From a virus: a stretch of 37,673 nt of DNA. The notes under the pieces are model-generated. The model was not told where the DNA came from. It ran no database searches and saw only the letters and a program-made list of their open reading frames with translations. The first letter of the stretch is position 1; each line of letters opens with the position of its first letter. Of this stretch, positions 24,063-31,569 are shown piece by piece. The position numbers were made by a program, and so were the translations under genes. Location: positions 1-37,673 of IMG/VR virus record IMGVR_UViG_3300045963_000083. One strand, 5' to 3'.

Positions 24063-24506
24063 ATGACAATGGCATTAAATGGGCTTGCAAAGCTATCTGA
24101 AGAACTTGGAGAATTACAACAAGTAGTCGGAAAAATGTTAGCCTATGGCATAGGAGATCATCCTGATGGGAAAGGTAATTTATTAGAAAGGTTTGAGGAG
24201 GAAGCTGCTGAAGTACATGCTGCAATTAATTTTGTTGTAGAAACTCATTCTGCAAATTATGAAACTATTTTTAATAGAAGCGTTAAAAAGTTAAAAAAAT
24301 TAATGTCAATCAATGACGATTTAGACATAGGCTTTTATTTACACAAAGAGATACAAGAGTACCTATCTAAACCAGAAAAACAGCCTTTAACAGATGATGA
24401 ATTGGAGCGTATTGCTGTAGAAGATGAATTTCTTTTATATTGCAGCCAGGATGATTTTAACGAAATATCAAGAGCAATTGAACACCACCATGGTATAACA
24501 AAATGA
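24063..24506 (+). CDS. MazG-like nucleotide pyrophosphohydrolase domain fused to a C-terminal ...EHHHGI module
   Basis: 147 aa. LAKLSEELGELQQV ... FEEEAAEVHAAINFV resembles the EExGE / EExxD(E) all-alpha NTP-PPase motifs. Confidence 0.45.
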   Translation: MTMALNGLAKLSEELGELQQVVGKMLAYGIGDHPDGKGNLLERFEEEAAEVHAAINFVVETHSANYETIFNRSVKKLKKLMSINDDLDIGFYLHKEIQEYLSKPEKQPLTDDELERIAVEDEFLLYCSQDDFNEISRAIEHHHGITK

Positions 24507-24700
24507 CACTACAAGAAGCACTAAAAAAGATACGCTCCACAGGCTTAAGCTATGTAGAAATACAACGCTTATTAGAGTCTAGGAAAGTCAAAACCACTAC
24601 GGCAACACTTAGTAGGTTAGGTGGTGGAAAGGTTAAGACTTCGAACGGCTATGAGCTATCAGAAGAACTGGTAAAAATGGCTAGAAAAATAAACCTATGA
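24503..24700 (+). CDS. Small HTH-like protein, paralog 2
   Basis: 65 aa MTLQEALKKIRSTGL...TLSRL, ATGA-coupled. Confidence 0.5.
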   Translation: MTLQEALKKIRSTGLSYVEIQRLLESRKVKTTTATLSRLGGGKVKTSNGYELSEELVKMARKINL

Positions 24701-25017
24701 GCGAACTAGAAAACACGCTACTATTTCAGATTAAAGCAATTGGACTACCAAAGCCAGTGATTGAGTACAAATTCCATCCTACACGTAAATGGCGCTTTGA
24801 TATAGCCTGGCCTGAACTGATGCTGGCCGTTGAGGTTGAAGGTGGAACATGGGGAAAAAAGTCAAGGCATACTACTGGGTCAGGATTCGAGGGCGATTGT
24901 TTGAAGTATGCAGAATCAATGAAGCTAGGCTATGACGTATACAGATGTACAGGTGACATGGTTAAAAGTGGATATGCAATACAGACAATTGAAATACTTT
25001 ACAACATGAAAAAATAG
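24697..25017 (+). CDS. PD-(D/E)XK nuclease (DUF559/Vsr-like fold)
   Basis: 106 aa. WRFDIAWPELMLAVEVEGG fits D...E-x-E/K core spacing and the DUF559-like layout (from memory). Confidence 0.5.
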   Translation: MSELENTLLFQIKAIGLPKPVIEYKFHPTRKWRFDIAWPELMLAVEVEGGTWGKKSRHTTGSGFEGDCLKYAESMKLGYDVYRCTGDMVKSGYAIQTIEILYNMKK

Positions 25018-25047
25018 TTTACACGTTAAGTTATTTATGCGTTATAA
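25017..25047 (+). promoter_or_regulatory. Possible promoter of the replication operon
   Basis: TTTACA-N18/19-TTATAAT. The spacer is long. Confidence 0.35.
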
Positions 25048-25085
25048 TATAATCTCATTGTATTTATATAACGGGATTACATTTT

Positions 25086-25247
25086 ATGAAAGAGAAAAGA
25101 AAAACATCTACGTTTTATCTAAGCGAAGATTCAAAAGCATTGCTTCCTAAACTGGCTAAGCTTCAAGACAGAAGCATGGCAGGTGTTCTAAATTACCTTA
25201 TAAAAAAAGAATCTAAAGAATATGGCTTAATTGAAGCTAGGGATTAA
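25086..25247 (+). CDS. Ribbon-helix-helix (CopG/Arc-like) protein
   Basis: Hand-translated 53 aa. KTSTFYLSEDSKALLPKLAKLQDRSMAGVLNYLIKKE has the beta-strand plus two-helix RHH pattern. Confidence 0.5.
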   Translation: MKEKRKTSTFYLSEDSKALLPKLAKLQDRSMAGVLNYLIKKESKEYGLIEARD

Positions 25248-25249
25248 CA

Positions 25250-25981
25250 ATGGCGGCGCTTCCGTATATGCAGCTTTATGTTGCCGATTATTTAGCGGAT
25301 ACGATGCACTTATCAGCAGAAGAACACGGTGCTTATTTATTATTAATTATGAATTATTGGCAAACAGGAAAACCAATAAATGAAAAACACATATCTTGTA
25401 TCACTAAGATTGATAAAGAAAAAGTAACAGATGTTATTTTTACGTTACAACACTTTTTTAACATAGATTCAACAGGATTATGGCATCACAAAAGAATTGA
25501 TGAAGAATTAGAAAAAGTAAGGAAAAAATCTGTAAAAACTTCGTTAGCTGGTAAGAAATCAGCAGAAAAACGTTGGGGTAGTAACGAAAAAGTAACAGAT
25601 GTTATAACAGATGTTAAGTCTATGTTACAACATAATTGTAACCATACAGATACAGATACAGATACAGATACAGATAATATATATATTCCTAAAACTGTCG
25701 TTTCAGTACCGTATGAAAAAATAGTAAATCTTTATCAAGAAACTTTACCTTCATTGCCTGGTGTAGCAAAAATTACAGACGAAAGAAAAAAGAAAATTAA
25801 AAAGATTTGGATTAGTGATCCAGGTATAAAAAACCTTGATGACTGGAAAGAATATTTTAATTTAATTAAAACAAGAAAGTTTCTTATGGGTGAATCAAAC
25901 GGTTCTATTTGGAAAGCAAATTTAGATTTTTTAATTGAATACAAAAGATTTATTGATATTGTTGAGGGTAAATATTCATGA
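25250..25981 (+). CDS. DUF1376 (YdaU-like) replication initiation/helicase-loading protein
   Basis: The N-terminus PYMQLYVADYLADTMHLSAEEHGAYLLLIMNYWQTGKP is the DUF1376 signature. Lies immediately upstream of DnaB. Confidence 0.7.
   Translation: MAALPYMQLYVADYLADTMHLSAEEHGAYLLLIMNYWQTGKPINEKHISCITKIDKEKVTDVIFTLQHFFNIDSTGLWHHKRIDEELEKVRKKSVKTSLAGKKSAEKRWGSNEKVTDVITDVKSMLQHNCNHTDTDTDTDTDNIYIPKTVVSVPYEKIVNLYQETLPSLPGVAKITDERKKKIKKIWISDPGIKNLDDWKEYFNLIKTRKFLMGESNGSIWKANLDFLIEYKRFIDIVEGKYS
25418..25437. repeat. 20-bp direct repeat, copy 1 (gaaaaagtaacagatgttat)
   Basis: Identical 20-mer at 25586..25605. The core aacagatgtta occurs a third time at 25606..25616. Confidence 0.9.
25586..25616. repeat. 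20-bp direct repeat copy 2 plus an extra aacagatgtta core
   Basis: See 25418..25437. Confidence 0.9.
25646..25675. repeat. (ACAGAT)x5 hexanucleotide microsatellite encoding TDTDTDTDTD
   Basis: Five perfect tandem units inside the DUF1376 gene. They share the ACAGAT core with the 20-bp repeats. Confidence 0.95.
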
Positions 25982-27309
25982 CAAAACAAGACAGAATAGA
26001 ACTACAGATTTTGGGCGTTATTCTTAATCATCCAGAATGTATAGTTTCCTCTCAAATAGAACCACGTTGGTTCGATAATTATAGAAAGCCAATCGAAGTA
26101 ATGTTATCTATGGCCGGTAGCAATATCACGATAGATGCATTTGGATTACATGAAAGATTGCCTGGCTATGAATTATGGGTTGTATGCGAATGGCAAACAA
26201 AGTGCTTAAGTTGCAAAGCTAACTTTCAATATTCTCTTGATTTACTAAAAAATATTTTTATTGATAAAGGAATTAAGCAAACATTACAAAATGCATTGAA
26301 AGAAATAGAACAAGGAACAGAAAGCCTAGAAGCTGTTTCTGAATTGATGACAAACATTAACAAACTTCAAAGTATGGATGCTAGAAAGCATAACTACACA
26401 ATGAAGGAAGCTTTAAAATCTTATGTAGATCATTTAGACAAAGCTTTTCACTCTAACGGTCATCTTGGTTTAAAAATAGGATTTGATCAGGTTGATATGG
26501 CTTTAGGTGGTATGCAATCAACAGATATGATGGTTGTAGGTGCTCGCCCAGGTGTAGGTAAAACAGCTTTTGCCGTTTCAATAATTAGAAATATCTTGAT
26601 GCAGAATAAAAAAGTAGGATTTTTTTCTATGGAAATGTCCTGCGATCAGATAATGATTAGGCTAATGAGTATGATTACATCAATCGACTCAACAAGAATG
26701 AGAGACGCAAGGATAGATGAGCAGGAATGGACAAGGATAACCGCATCATCTTCAACAATAAGAGATAAAGAACTATTTATTTACGATAAACCGATCATAA
26801 AAGCCAGTGAGATAATGATGCAGGCTAGAGCTTGGCAAATGGAACACGGTTTAGATTTAATCATTGTCGATTATTTAACCAAGATAAAACACGATAAAGA
26901 TTTAGCTAACCAGAATTTAAGCGTAGGTGAAACTATAACAACTATGAAAAACATGGCTAAGTTATTAAACGTTCCAGTTATTGTTTTAGCACAGCTAAAT
27001 AGAGACAACATGAAGCGATCAAATAAAAAGCCCATGATGTCAGATTTACGGGATTCTGGAATAATTGAACAAGAAGCCGATCAAATTATTTTATTACATA
27101 GACCATCAACACAAGAACAGCAGGAAGAACAGAAGCCTCAAGAATCAATGTCGAGCTTTGCAAGTAAATATGTAAACAAGCCACAAGAACAGCCAAAGGT
27201 TCAAGATATGTCAGATTATATAATTGTCGATAAAAACAGACACGGCCAGAAAATAGAAGTAAAAGCCGATTTTATTAAACATTTGGCTATGTGGACAGAA
27301 TGGAAATAG
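25978..27309 (+). CDS. dnaB: Replicative DNA helicase, DnaB family
   Basis: 443 aa. Walker A GARPGVGKTAFAV, Walker B LIIVDYLTKI, VLAQLNRD, SDLRDSGIIEQEADQIILLHR. Confidence 0.9.
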   Translation: MTKQDRIELQILGVILNHPECIVSSQIEPRWFDNYRKPIEVMLSMAGSNITIDAFGLHERLPGYELWVVCEWQTKCLSCKANFQYSLDLLKNIFIDKGIKQTLQNALKEIEQGTESLEAVSELMTNINKLQSMDARKHNYTMKEALKSYVDHLDKAFHSNGHLGLKIGFDQVDMALGGMQSTDMMVVGARPGVGKTAFAVSIIRNILMQNKKVGFFSMEMSCDQIMIRLMSMITSIDSTRMRDARIDEQEWTRITASSSTIRDKELFIYDKPIIKASEIMMQARAWQMEHGLDLIIVDYLTKIKHDKDLANQNLSVGETITTMKNMAKLLNVPVIVLAQLNRDNMKRSNKKPMMSDLRDSGIIEQEADQIILLHRPSTQEQQEEQKPQESMSSFASKYVNKPQEQPKVQDMSDYIIVDKNRHGQKIEVKADFIKHLAMWTEWK

Positions 27310-27518
27310 AAAATAGATTAGAAAAACTATCAGAACAAGCAAAAGAACGCAATTTAAACTCTATACACGAAGCGAAAACAAAAAAGCAAGCTCAATGGTT
27401 AGCTATACAAGAAAAAACGCCTGAAACAGCAGAATTTTTAAAACTGTTTAGCGCAAGTTTTGGGAAGCCGGTAAGGTTGAGAATAGTTGTTAATAACGAA
27501 ATAATTTTGGAGATATGA
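27300..27518 (+). CDS. Hypothetical protein
   Basis: 72 aa from the ATG at 27300 (the track used GTG at 27291). Confidence 0.5.
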   Translation: MEIENRLEKLSEQAKERNLNSIHEAKTKKQAQWLAIQEKTPETAEFLKLFSASFGKPVRLRIVVNNEIILEI

Positions 27519-27640
27519 AAATGAGTACAGAAAGAGAGTTGTTAAAAAAAATAAAATCTAAATTAATAAACAACGATTTATTTCATAATTTGATAGAAAA
27601 ATATTTTGATATTGCAAAAGACAGAATAAATAACGCATAA
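27515..27640 (+). CDS. Hypothetical 41-aa protein
   Basis: Hand-translated MKMSTERELLKKIKSKLINNDLFHNLIEKYFDIAKDRINNA, ATGA-coupled. Confidence 0.4.
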   Translation: MKMSTERELLKKIKSKLINNDLFHNLIEKYFDIAKDRINNA

Positions 27641-27656
27641 ATAATTCGTAAGCGTA

Positions 27657-27685
27657 TTGACAAACAGCCTAAAAAGGTATAAATT
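27657..27685 (+). promoter_or_regulatory. Promoter candidate
   Basis: TTGACA-N15-17-TATAAATT. Confidence 0.45.
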
Positions 27686-27717
27686 AAGTCATCGAAATTA
27701 TAAAGTTTTGAGGAAAC

Positions 27718-27879
27718 ATGACAAAACAAGAACCTTATTACGGTTATGCAGAAGGAATGAAAGACGAGAGTTTTTTCAGAAAATATGAAAAGCAATTTGC
27801 AAAAGTGGACAAATACCCTGCTTTTGCGAATTGGCTGGTTAAATCTAAAGAAGTGGGTAGTAGGTTAAAAAAATCATAA
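27718..27879 (+). CDS. Hypothetical 53-aa protein
   Basis: Hand-translated MTKQEPYYGYAEGMKDESFF.... GAGGAAAC RBS. Confidence 0.5.
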   Translation: MTKQEPYYGYAEGMKDESFFRKYEKQFAKVDKYPAFANWLVKSKEVGSRLKKS

Positions 27880-27894
27880 ATGTTAGGAGGAAAG

Positions 27895-28113
27895 ATGAAA
27901 ATATCAGAATTAATAAAAGAGCTTGAAGAATTTAAAAAATTGAATGGTGATTTAGAAATACATAGATCTACGACTTCAATGGATCGCGTTGCATGTAATA
28001 GACTTGAGTTAAGGAATATTAAAGTTTTAAGCAAAAGAGAATCAAAGCCTTGTTTTTGGAATAAATACGATGGAGATGAAAAAAAAGGTGAAGCAGTGGT
28101 AGCTATCTTATGA
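27895..28113 (+). CDS. Hypothetical protein
   Basis: 72 aa from the ATG at 27895, preceded by TAGGAGGAAAG (the track start 27880 lies inside the RBS). Confidence 0.55.
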   Translation: MKISELIKELEEFKKLNGDLEIHRSTTSMDRVACNRLELRNIKVLSKRESKPCFWNKYDGDEKKGEAVVAIL

Positions 28114-28598
28114 AAAAGTTTTTGTTAAAAGATATTCAATCATTAAATCATTGCATAAGATGGTTTAATTCTTGCTATTCATCAATGTTAAAAAAAACAC
28201 CTATTGAAGTAACAATAAAGAACTTTGTGCGATTAACCAAAGACCAAGAACTAAGTGCAGTGCAAAATAGATTGCGTTGGTTATGGATAACTGATATTTC
28301 AAAAGAAATGGGATTGTATAAAGATGAATGTAATCAGTTTTTAAAAGAAAGGTTTTTGTTGCCTATCTTTGTTAGAGATAATGAAGAATGGGCAAATACA
28401 ATGTTCGCTATTAGGCAATTGGAAGTAGATGGCTATAAAGACACTGCTAAACAGTTAAACGCCTTTGTAACAGATGAAAAACGCCTTAGTTTACTTGATG
28501 CAACAGTAAAGCAAGGAGCTGAGTTTCTTGATGAAGTTAAGAGCTTTGCACATGAGCAATTGAGAATGACACTTAAAACAGATTTGGAGTATAAGTGA
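28110..28598 (+). CDS. NinB/Orf-like recombination protein (tentative)
   Basis: 162 aa. TPIEVTIKNFVRLTKDQELSAVQNRLRWLWITDIS resembles lambda NinB KPIVVTIQERNRSLDQNRKLWACLGDVS. Confidence 0.45.
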   Translation: MKKFLLKDIQSLNHCIRWFNSCYSSMLKKTPIEVTIKNFVRLTKDQELSAVQNRLRWLWITDISKEMGLYKDECNQFLKERFLLPIFVRDNEEWANTMFAIRQLEVDGYKDTAKQLNAFVTDEKRLSLLDATVKQGAEFLDEVKSFAHEQLRMTLKTDLEYK

Positions 28599-28852
28599 AC
28601 GACAAAGAAAAGCGCCATATATTCAGAATTAAAAACATGAATTGTGGAGTATGCGGTGAATTAAGTCCAGTTGATGCGCACCATATTTTAGATTGTGGAC
28701 GGCGTATAAGTCACTACATGGTTATACCGCTATGCAAAACATGCCATCAAGATAACGAGCACGGAATACATGGACGTAAAACAATATGGAACATAATGAA
28801 GTTAACAGAGTTACAAGTATTAGCAAAAACAATTGAAACTTTATTAAAATAA
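28595..28852 (+). CDS. HNH-type nuclease, Ref/RecA-dependent-nuclease-like (tentative)
   Basis: 85 aa. CGVCGE...AHHIL...VIPLCKTCHQDNEHGIHG Cys/His pattern. GTG start overlapping the previous stop. Confidence 0.45.
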   Translation: MNDKEKRHIFRIKNMNCGVCGELSPVDAHHILDCGRRISHYMVIPLCKTCHQDNEHGIHGRKTIWNIMKLTELQVLAKTIETLLK

Positions 28853-28855
28853 TAC

Positions 28856-28883
28856 TTGACATTACCGGTAATTGTGATATTCT
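28856..28883 (+). promoter_or_regulatory. Promoter candidate with 12-bp palindrome in the spacer
   Basis: TTGACA-N16-(TGa)TATTCT. Spacer contains ATTACCGGTAAT (28861-28872) and the recurrent AATTGTG motif. Confidence 0.5.
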
Positions 28884-28922
28884 ATAGTCAACTTAACAAG
28901 AAACACAAACGGAGATAAGAAG

Positions 28923-29087
28923 ATGAAATTTTCAATCAATCAAATGGCTAAAAGAGAAGTTAATGATTATAAAAACAACATTAATGGTTTTAGAGTATCA
29001 AGAAAACAAGCATTTAAAAATGCAAAAAGAGATAAAAAAATGACTTTTGGTAATGAATTTAATGACTTCCTTAATTTATTTAATTAA
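28923..29087 (+). CDS. Hypothetical 54-aa basic protein
   Basis: Hand-translated MKFSINQMAKREVNDYKNN.... GGAGATAAGAAG RBS. Confidence 0.45.
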   Translation: MKFSINQMAKREVNDYKNNINGFRVSRKQAFKNAKRDKKMTFGNEFNDFLNLFN

Positions 29088-29108
29088 GATAAAAAATTTA
29101 TAAAGATA

Positions 29109-29261
29109 ATGAAAAACGCAGAAATACAAGCAGCATACAAAGACCGGCTAAGGAAGGCCGGTTATAAACGAATAGATGTTTGGGTTAAGCCTGAGCATGT
29201 ATCTGACATTAGAGAGCTTGAGAAGCGGCTTAAAGAAGTTGATAATAAGGAGTTGAAATGA
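29109..29261 (+). CDS. Hypothetical 50-aa protein
   Basis: Hand-translated MKNAEIQAAYKDRLRKAGYKRIDVWVKPEH... Confidence 0.45.
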   Translation: MKNAEIQAAYKDRLRKAGYKRIDVWVKPEHVSDIRELEKRLKEVDNKELK

Positions 29262-29386
29262 GGCCTTACGGTTCAAAAAGAACGGTTGGAAATTGCTTAA
29301 CTAAACTGCACATAATAGGTGGAACAGTTAGAGTAATTGAGCGGATTAAAAGTAAAAAGTTTGGTCGTGTTTTTAGGTGGTTATAA
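29258..29386 (+). CDS. Hypothetical 42-aa basic protein
   Basis: Hand-translated MRPYGSKRTVGNCLTKLHIIGG..., ATGA-coupled. Confidence 0.35.
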   Translation: MRPYGSKRTVGNCLTKLHIIGGTVRVIERIKSKKFGRVFRWL

Positions 29387-29547
29387 TGATTGACACAACA
29401 CCCGAACAATACAGAGATGCAGCTAAGCGAATGATACAAGTTGCAGAGCATCAAGATAGGCTAAGCGAGTATAATTATTACAGGAACTTAGCCAGGCATT
29501 ATAATGAAATAGCCGATGATATTGAGAAACAAGACAATGGCAGTTGA
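29386..29547 (+). CDS. Hypothetical 53-aa protein
   Basis: Hand-translated MIDTTPEQYRDAAKRMIQVAEHQDRL.... TAATG overlap upstream. Confidence 0.4.
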   Translation: MIDTTPEQYRDAAKRMIQVAEHQDRLSEYNYYRNLARHYNEIADDIEKQDNGS

Positions 29548-29818
29548 TATATTAGATAGGAGAAACGTTCAAGAACTTATTAATTATAGATTATTGACAT
29601 ATGAATTAGAGGCAAAGAAATTGAAAAATGAAATATCAGCAATAGCACAAGATAGCAAGTGGTTAATAGATAATGGATATAGTAAAATAGATATACAAGT
29701 TTTCAGTAGTAGAGTAACAAGGGACTGGAATGACGCATTCGATAGCGCGGTAAAACCTGTTGTTGATGAAATAAGACAATCAGTAATTGATAAGATTATT
29801 CAAGAAAATAATGCTTGA
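29537..29818 (+). CDS. Hypothetical protein
   Basis: 93 aa from the ATG at 29537 (the track start 29516 overlaps the previous ORF). Confidence 0.5.
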   Translation: MAVDILDRRNVQELINYRLLTYELEAKKLKNEISAIAQDSKWLIDNGYSKIDIQVFSSRVTRDWNDAFDSAVKPVVDEIRQSVIDKIIQENNA

Positions 29819-29842
29819 CTTATTAATAATTGTGTATAATTG
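29816..29842 (+). promoter_or_regulatory. Promoter candidate upstream of the packaging genes
   Basis: TTGACT...AATTGTGTATAATT. The -35 to -10 spacing is short (14-15 nt). Shares the AATTGTG motif. Confidence 0.4.
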
Positions 29843-29869
29843 ATTTAAATAAACTATTTTCTAAAACAG

Positions 29870-30112
29870 ATGGCTAAAGGATTAAAGACAGGCGGTAGAG
29901 AGCCTGGGTCAATAAACAAGGTGACTCGTGGATGTCAAGAGAACATTCTTGATGTTTTTGAGCGCATTGGTGGAGTTAAGAACTTTGCTGACTGGGCATT
30001 AGAAAACCAAACAGAGTTTTATAGACATTATGCAAAGCTATTGCCGTTACAGGTTAATGCTAATGTTCAGGCTGTAGTAAATATAATAATAGATAAAAAT
30101 ATAGGAGAATGA
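29870..30112 (+). CDS. terS: Putative small terminase subunit
   Basis: 80 aa. The basic N-terminus MAKGLKTGGREPGSINKVT is typical of small DNA-binding packaging proteins. Lies directly upstream of TerL. Confidence 0.45.
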   Translation: MAKGLKTGGREPGSINKVTRGCQENILDVFERIGGVKNFADWALENQTEFYRHYAKLLPLQVNANVQAVVNIIIDKNIGE

Positions 30113-30113
30113 A

Positions 30114-30170
30114 ATGATTGACTGGATTGTTTTAGTATTTGAAAATATACTAGCTATATTCGGTGGTTGA
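30114..30170 (+). CDS. 18-codon hydrophobic mini-ORF bridging terS and terL
   Basis: AGGAGA lies 5 nt upstream of the ATG. MIDWIVLVFENILAIFGG. Its TGA overlaps the GTG start of terL (GTGGTTGA). Confidence 0.3.
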   Translation: MIDWIVLVFENILAIFGG

Positions 30171-31569
30171 TATAAGACTCCCATATGAATGGAAGCCAAG
30201 AGAGCCACAAAAACCACTATGGAACTATTTAAAAAACGGTGGCAAGAGAGCAGTAGCAAGACATCACAGACGGTTCGGTAAAGATGATATATTTTTAAAC
30301 CATACCGTCTGTGCAGCTCATGAAAGAATAGGTAACTACTGGTACATGTTGCCTGAATATGCCCAGGCAAGAAAGTCAATGTGGGATGCTATTAATCCAA
30401 ACACAGGTAAGAAGCGATTAGATACCATATGCCCTGAAATATTAAGGTCAGGTACTAATCAGCAAGAAATGAAAATATCGTTAAAGTCAGGCTCTACAAT
30501 ACAACTTGTAGGATCAGATAACTTTAATAGCTTAGTAGGATCACCGCCGGTTGGATTAGTATTTAGCGAGTATGCTATCAGCAACCCATCAGCATGGGCC
30601 TATTTAATGCCGATCATAGAAGAGAATAACGGCTGGGTGGGTTTTAACTCTACGCCAAGAGGGAAGAACCATTTTTTTAAGATGTGTGCTTATGCAGAAA
30701 CACAGCCAGGCTGGTTTTATGATGTTAAGACTGTTGATGATTCTAACGTATTTAGTCCAGAGCAATTACAACGAATTAGACAAGAGCTTATAAGCTTACA
30801 TGGGCCTGAATTTGGAGAGGCTTTATTTCAGCAAGAGTATTATGTATCATTTGAGGCCGCTGTTATTGGTGCAATATGGGCTGATTGTATTGCTAAATTA
30901 CAGATATTAGGTAGAATTGGAGAGTATCCGTATAATCCACGCTATCCGGTTCACTGTAGTTTCGACATAGGTAAGAAAGACTCGACTTGTATATGGTTTT
31001 TTCAGGTTGTAGGATCAGAGATTTATGTTATCGATTGTCATTCAAGCAATCATAAAGATGTCCCGTTTTACTGTAATCTGTTAAGTGATAAACCTTATAA
31101 GTATTCTACCATATGGCTACCGCATGATGCATTTCATGACACATTGGCAGCAGGTGGTAAGACCGTGAGACAACAGTTTGTAGATGACAATAGTGATGGT
31201 AGACTAGGAAAGATAAAGCGTACTCCGAACACAAGTAAAGAGGGCGGTATTCAGGCAGCAAGAGCAACTTTCCCACGATGTTACTTTAATGAACATTTGT
31301 GTGAAGATGGTTTAGAAGCTTTAAGGTCTTACCATCATAAATGGGATGATGAAAAGAAGATATTTACTACTGAACCAGTGCATGATTGGTCAAGTGATTT
31401 TGCGGACTCATTCAGATATTTATCATTAGTATGGAAGGAAGCCAGGGAAGAACCTGAAAATATAGCGATAGATCAGCAATTAATTAACAAGTCTGTACAA
31501 TCTATAACAATGAAGTCACTGACCAAACAACATTTTGCAAGAATGGCAGCCAAAAGGAATCAAGAATGA
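30163..31569 (+). CDS. terL: Terminase large subunit
   Basis: 468 aa. Walker-A-like HHRRFGKDD near the N-terminus and a C-terminal nuclease-type region. GTG start. Followed by the portal gene. Confidence 0.8.
   Translation: MVDIRLPYEWKPREPQKPLWNYLKNGGKRAVARHHRRFGKDDIFLNHTVCAAHERIGNYWYMLPEYAQARKSMWDAINPNTGKKRLDTICPEILRSGTNQQEMKISLKSGSTIQLVGSDNFNSLVGSPPVGLVFSEYAISNPSAWAYLMPIIEENNGWVGFNSTPRGKNHFFKMCAYAETQPGWFYDVKTVDDSNVFSPEQLQRIRQELISLHGPEFGEALFQQEYYVSFEAAVIGAIWADCIAKLQILGRIGEYPYNPRYPVHCSFDIGKKDSTCIWFFQVVGSEIYVIDCHSSNHKDVPFYCNLLSDKPYKYSTIWLPHDAFHDTLAAGGKTVRQQFVDDNSDGRLGKIKRTPNTSKEGGIQAARATFPRCYFNEHLCEDGLEALRSYHHKWDDEKKIFTTEPVHDWSSDFADSFRYLSLVWKEAREEPENIAIDQQLINKSVQSITMKSLTKQHFARMAAKRNQE

Noticed and set aside
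27583-28034. - strand ORFs 27583..27795 and 27744..28034
   Set aside because: They overlap a promoter and three RBS-supported + strand ORFs (27515, 27718, 27895). Their sequences are Phe/Leu/Ile/Ser-rich antisense artefacts.
30047-30379. 110-aa - strand ORF over the terS/terL junction
   Set aside because: It is antisense to the terminase genes and has no expression signals.
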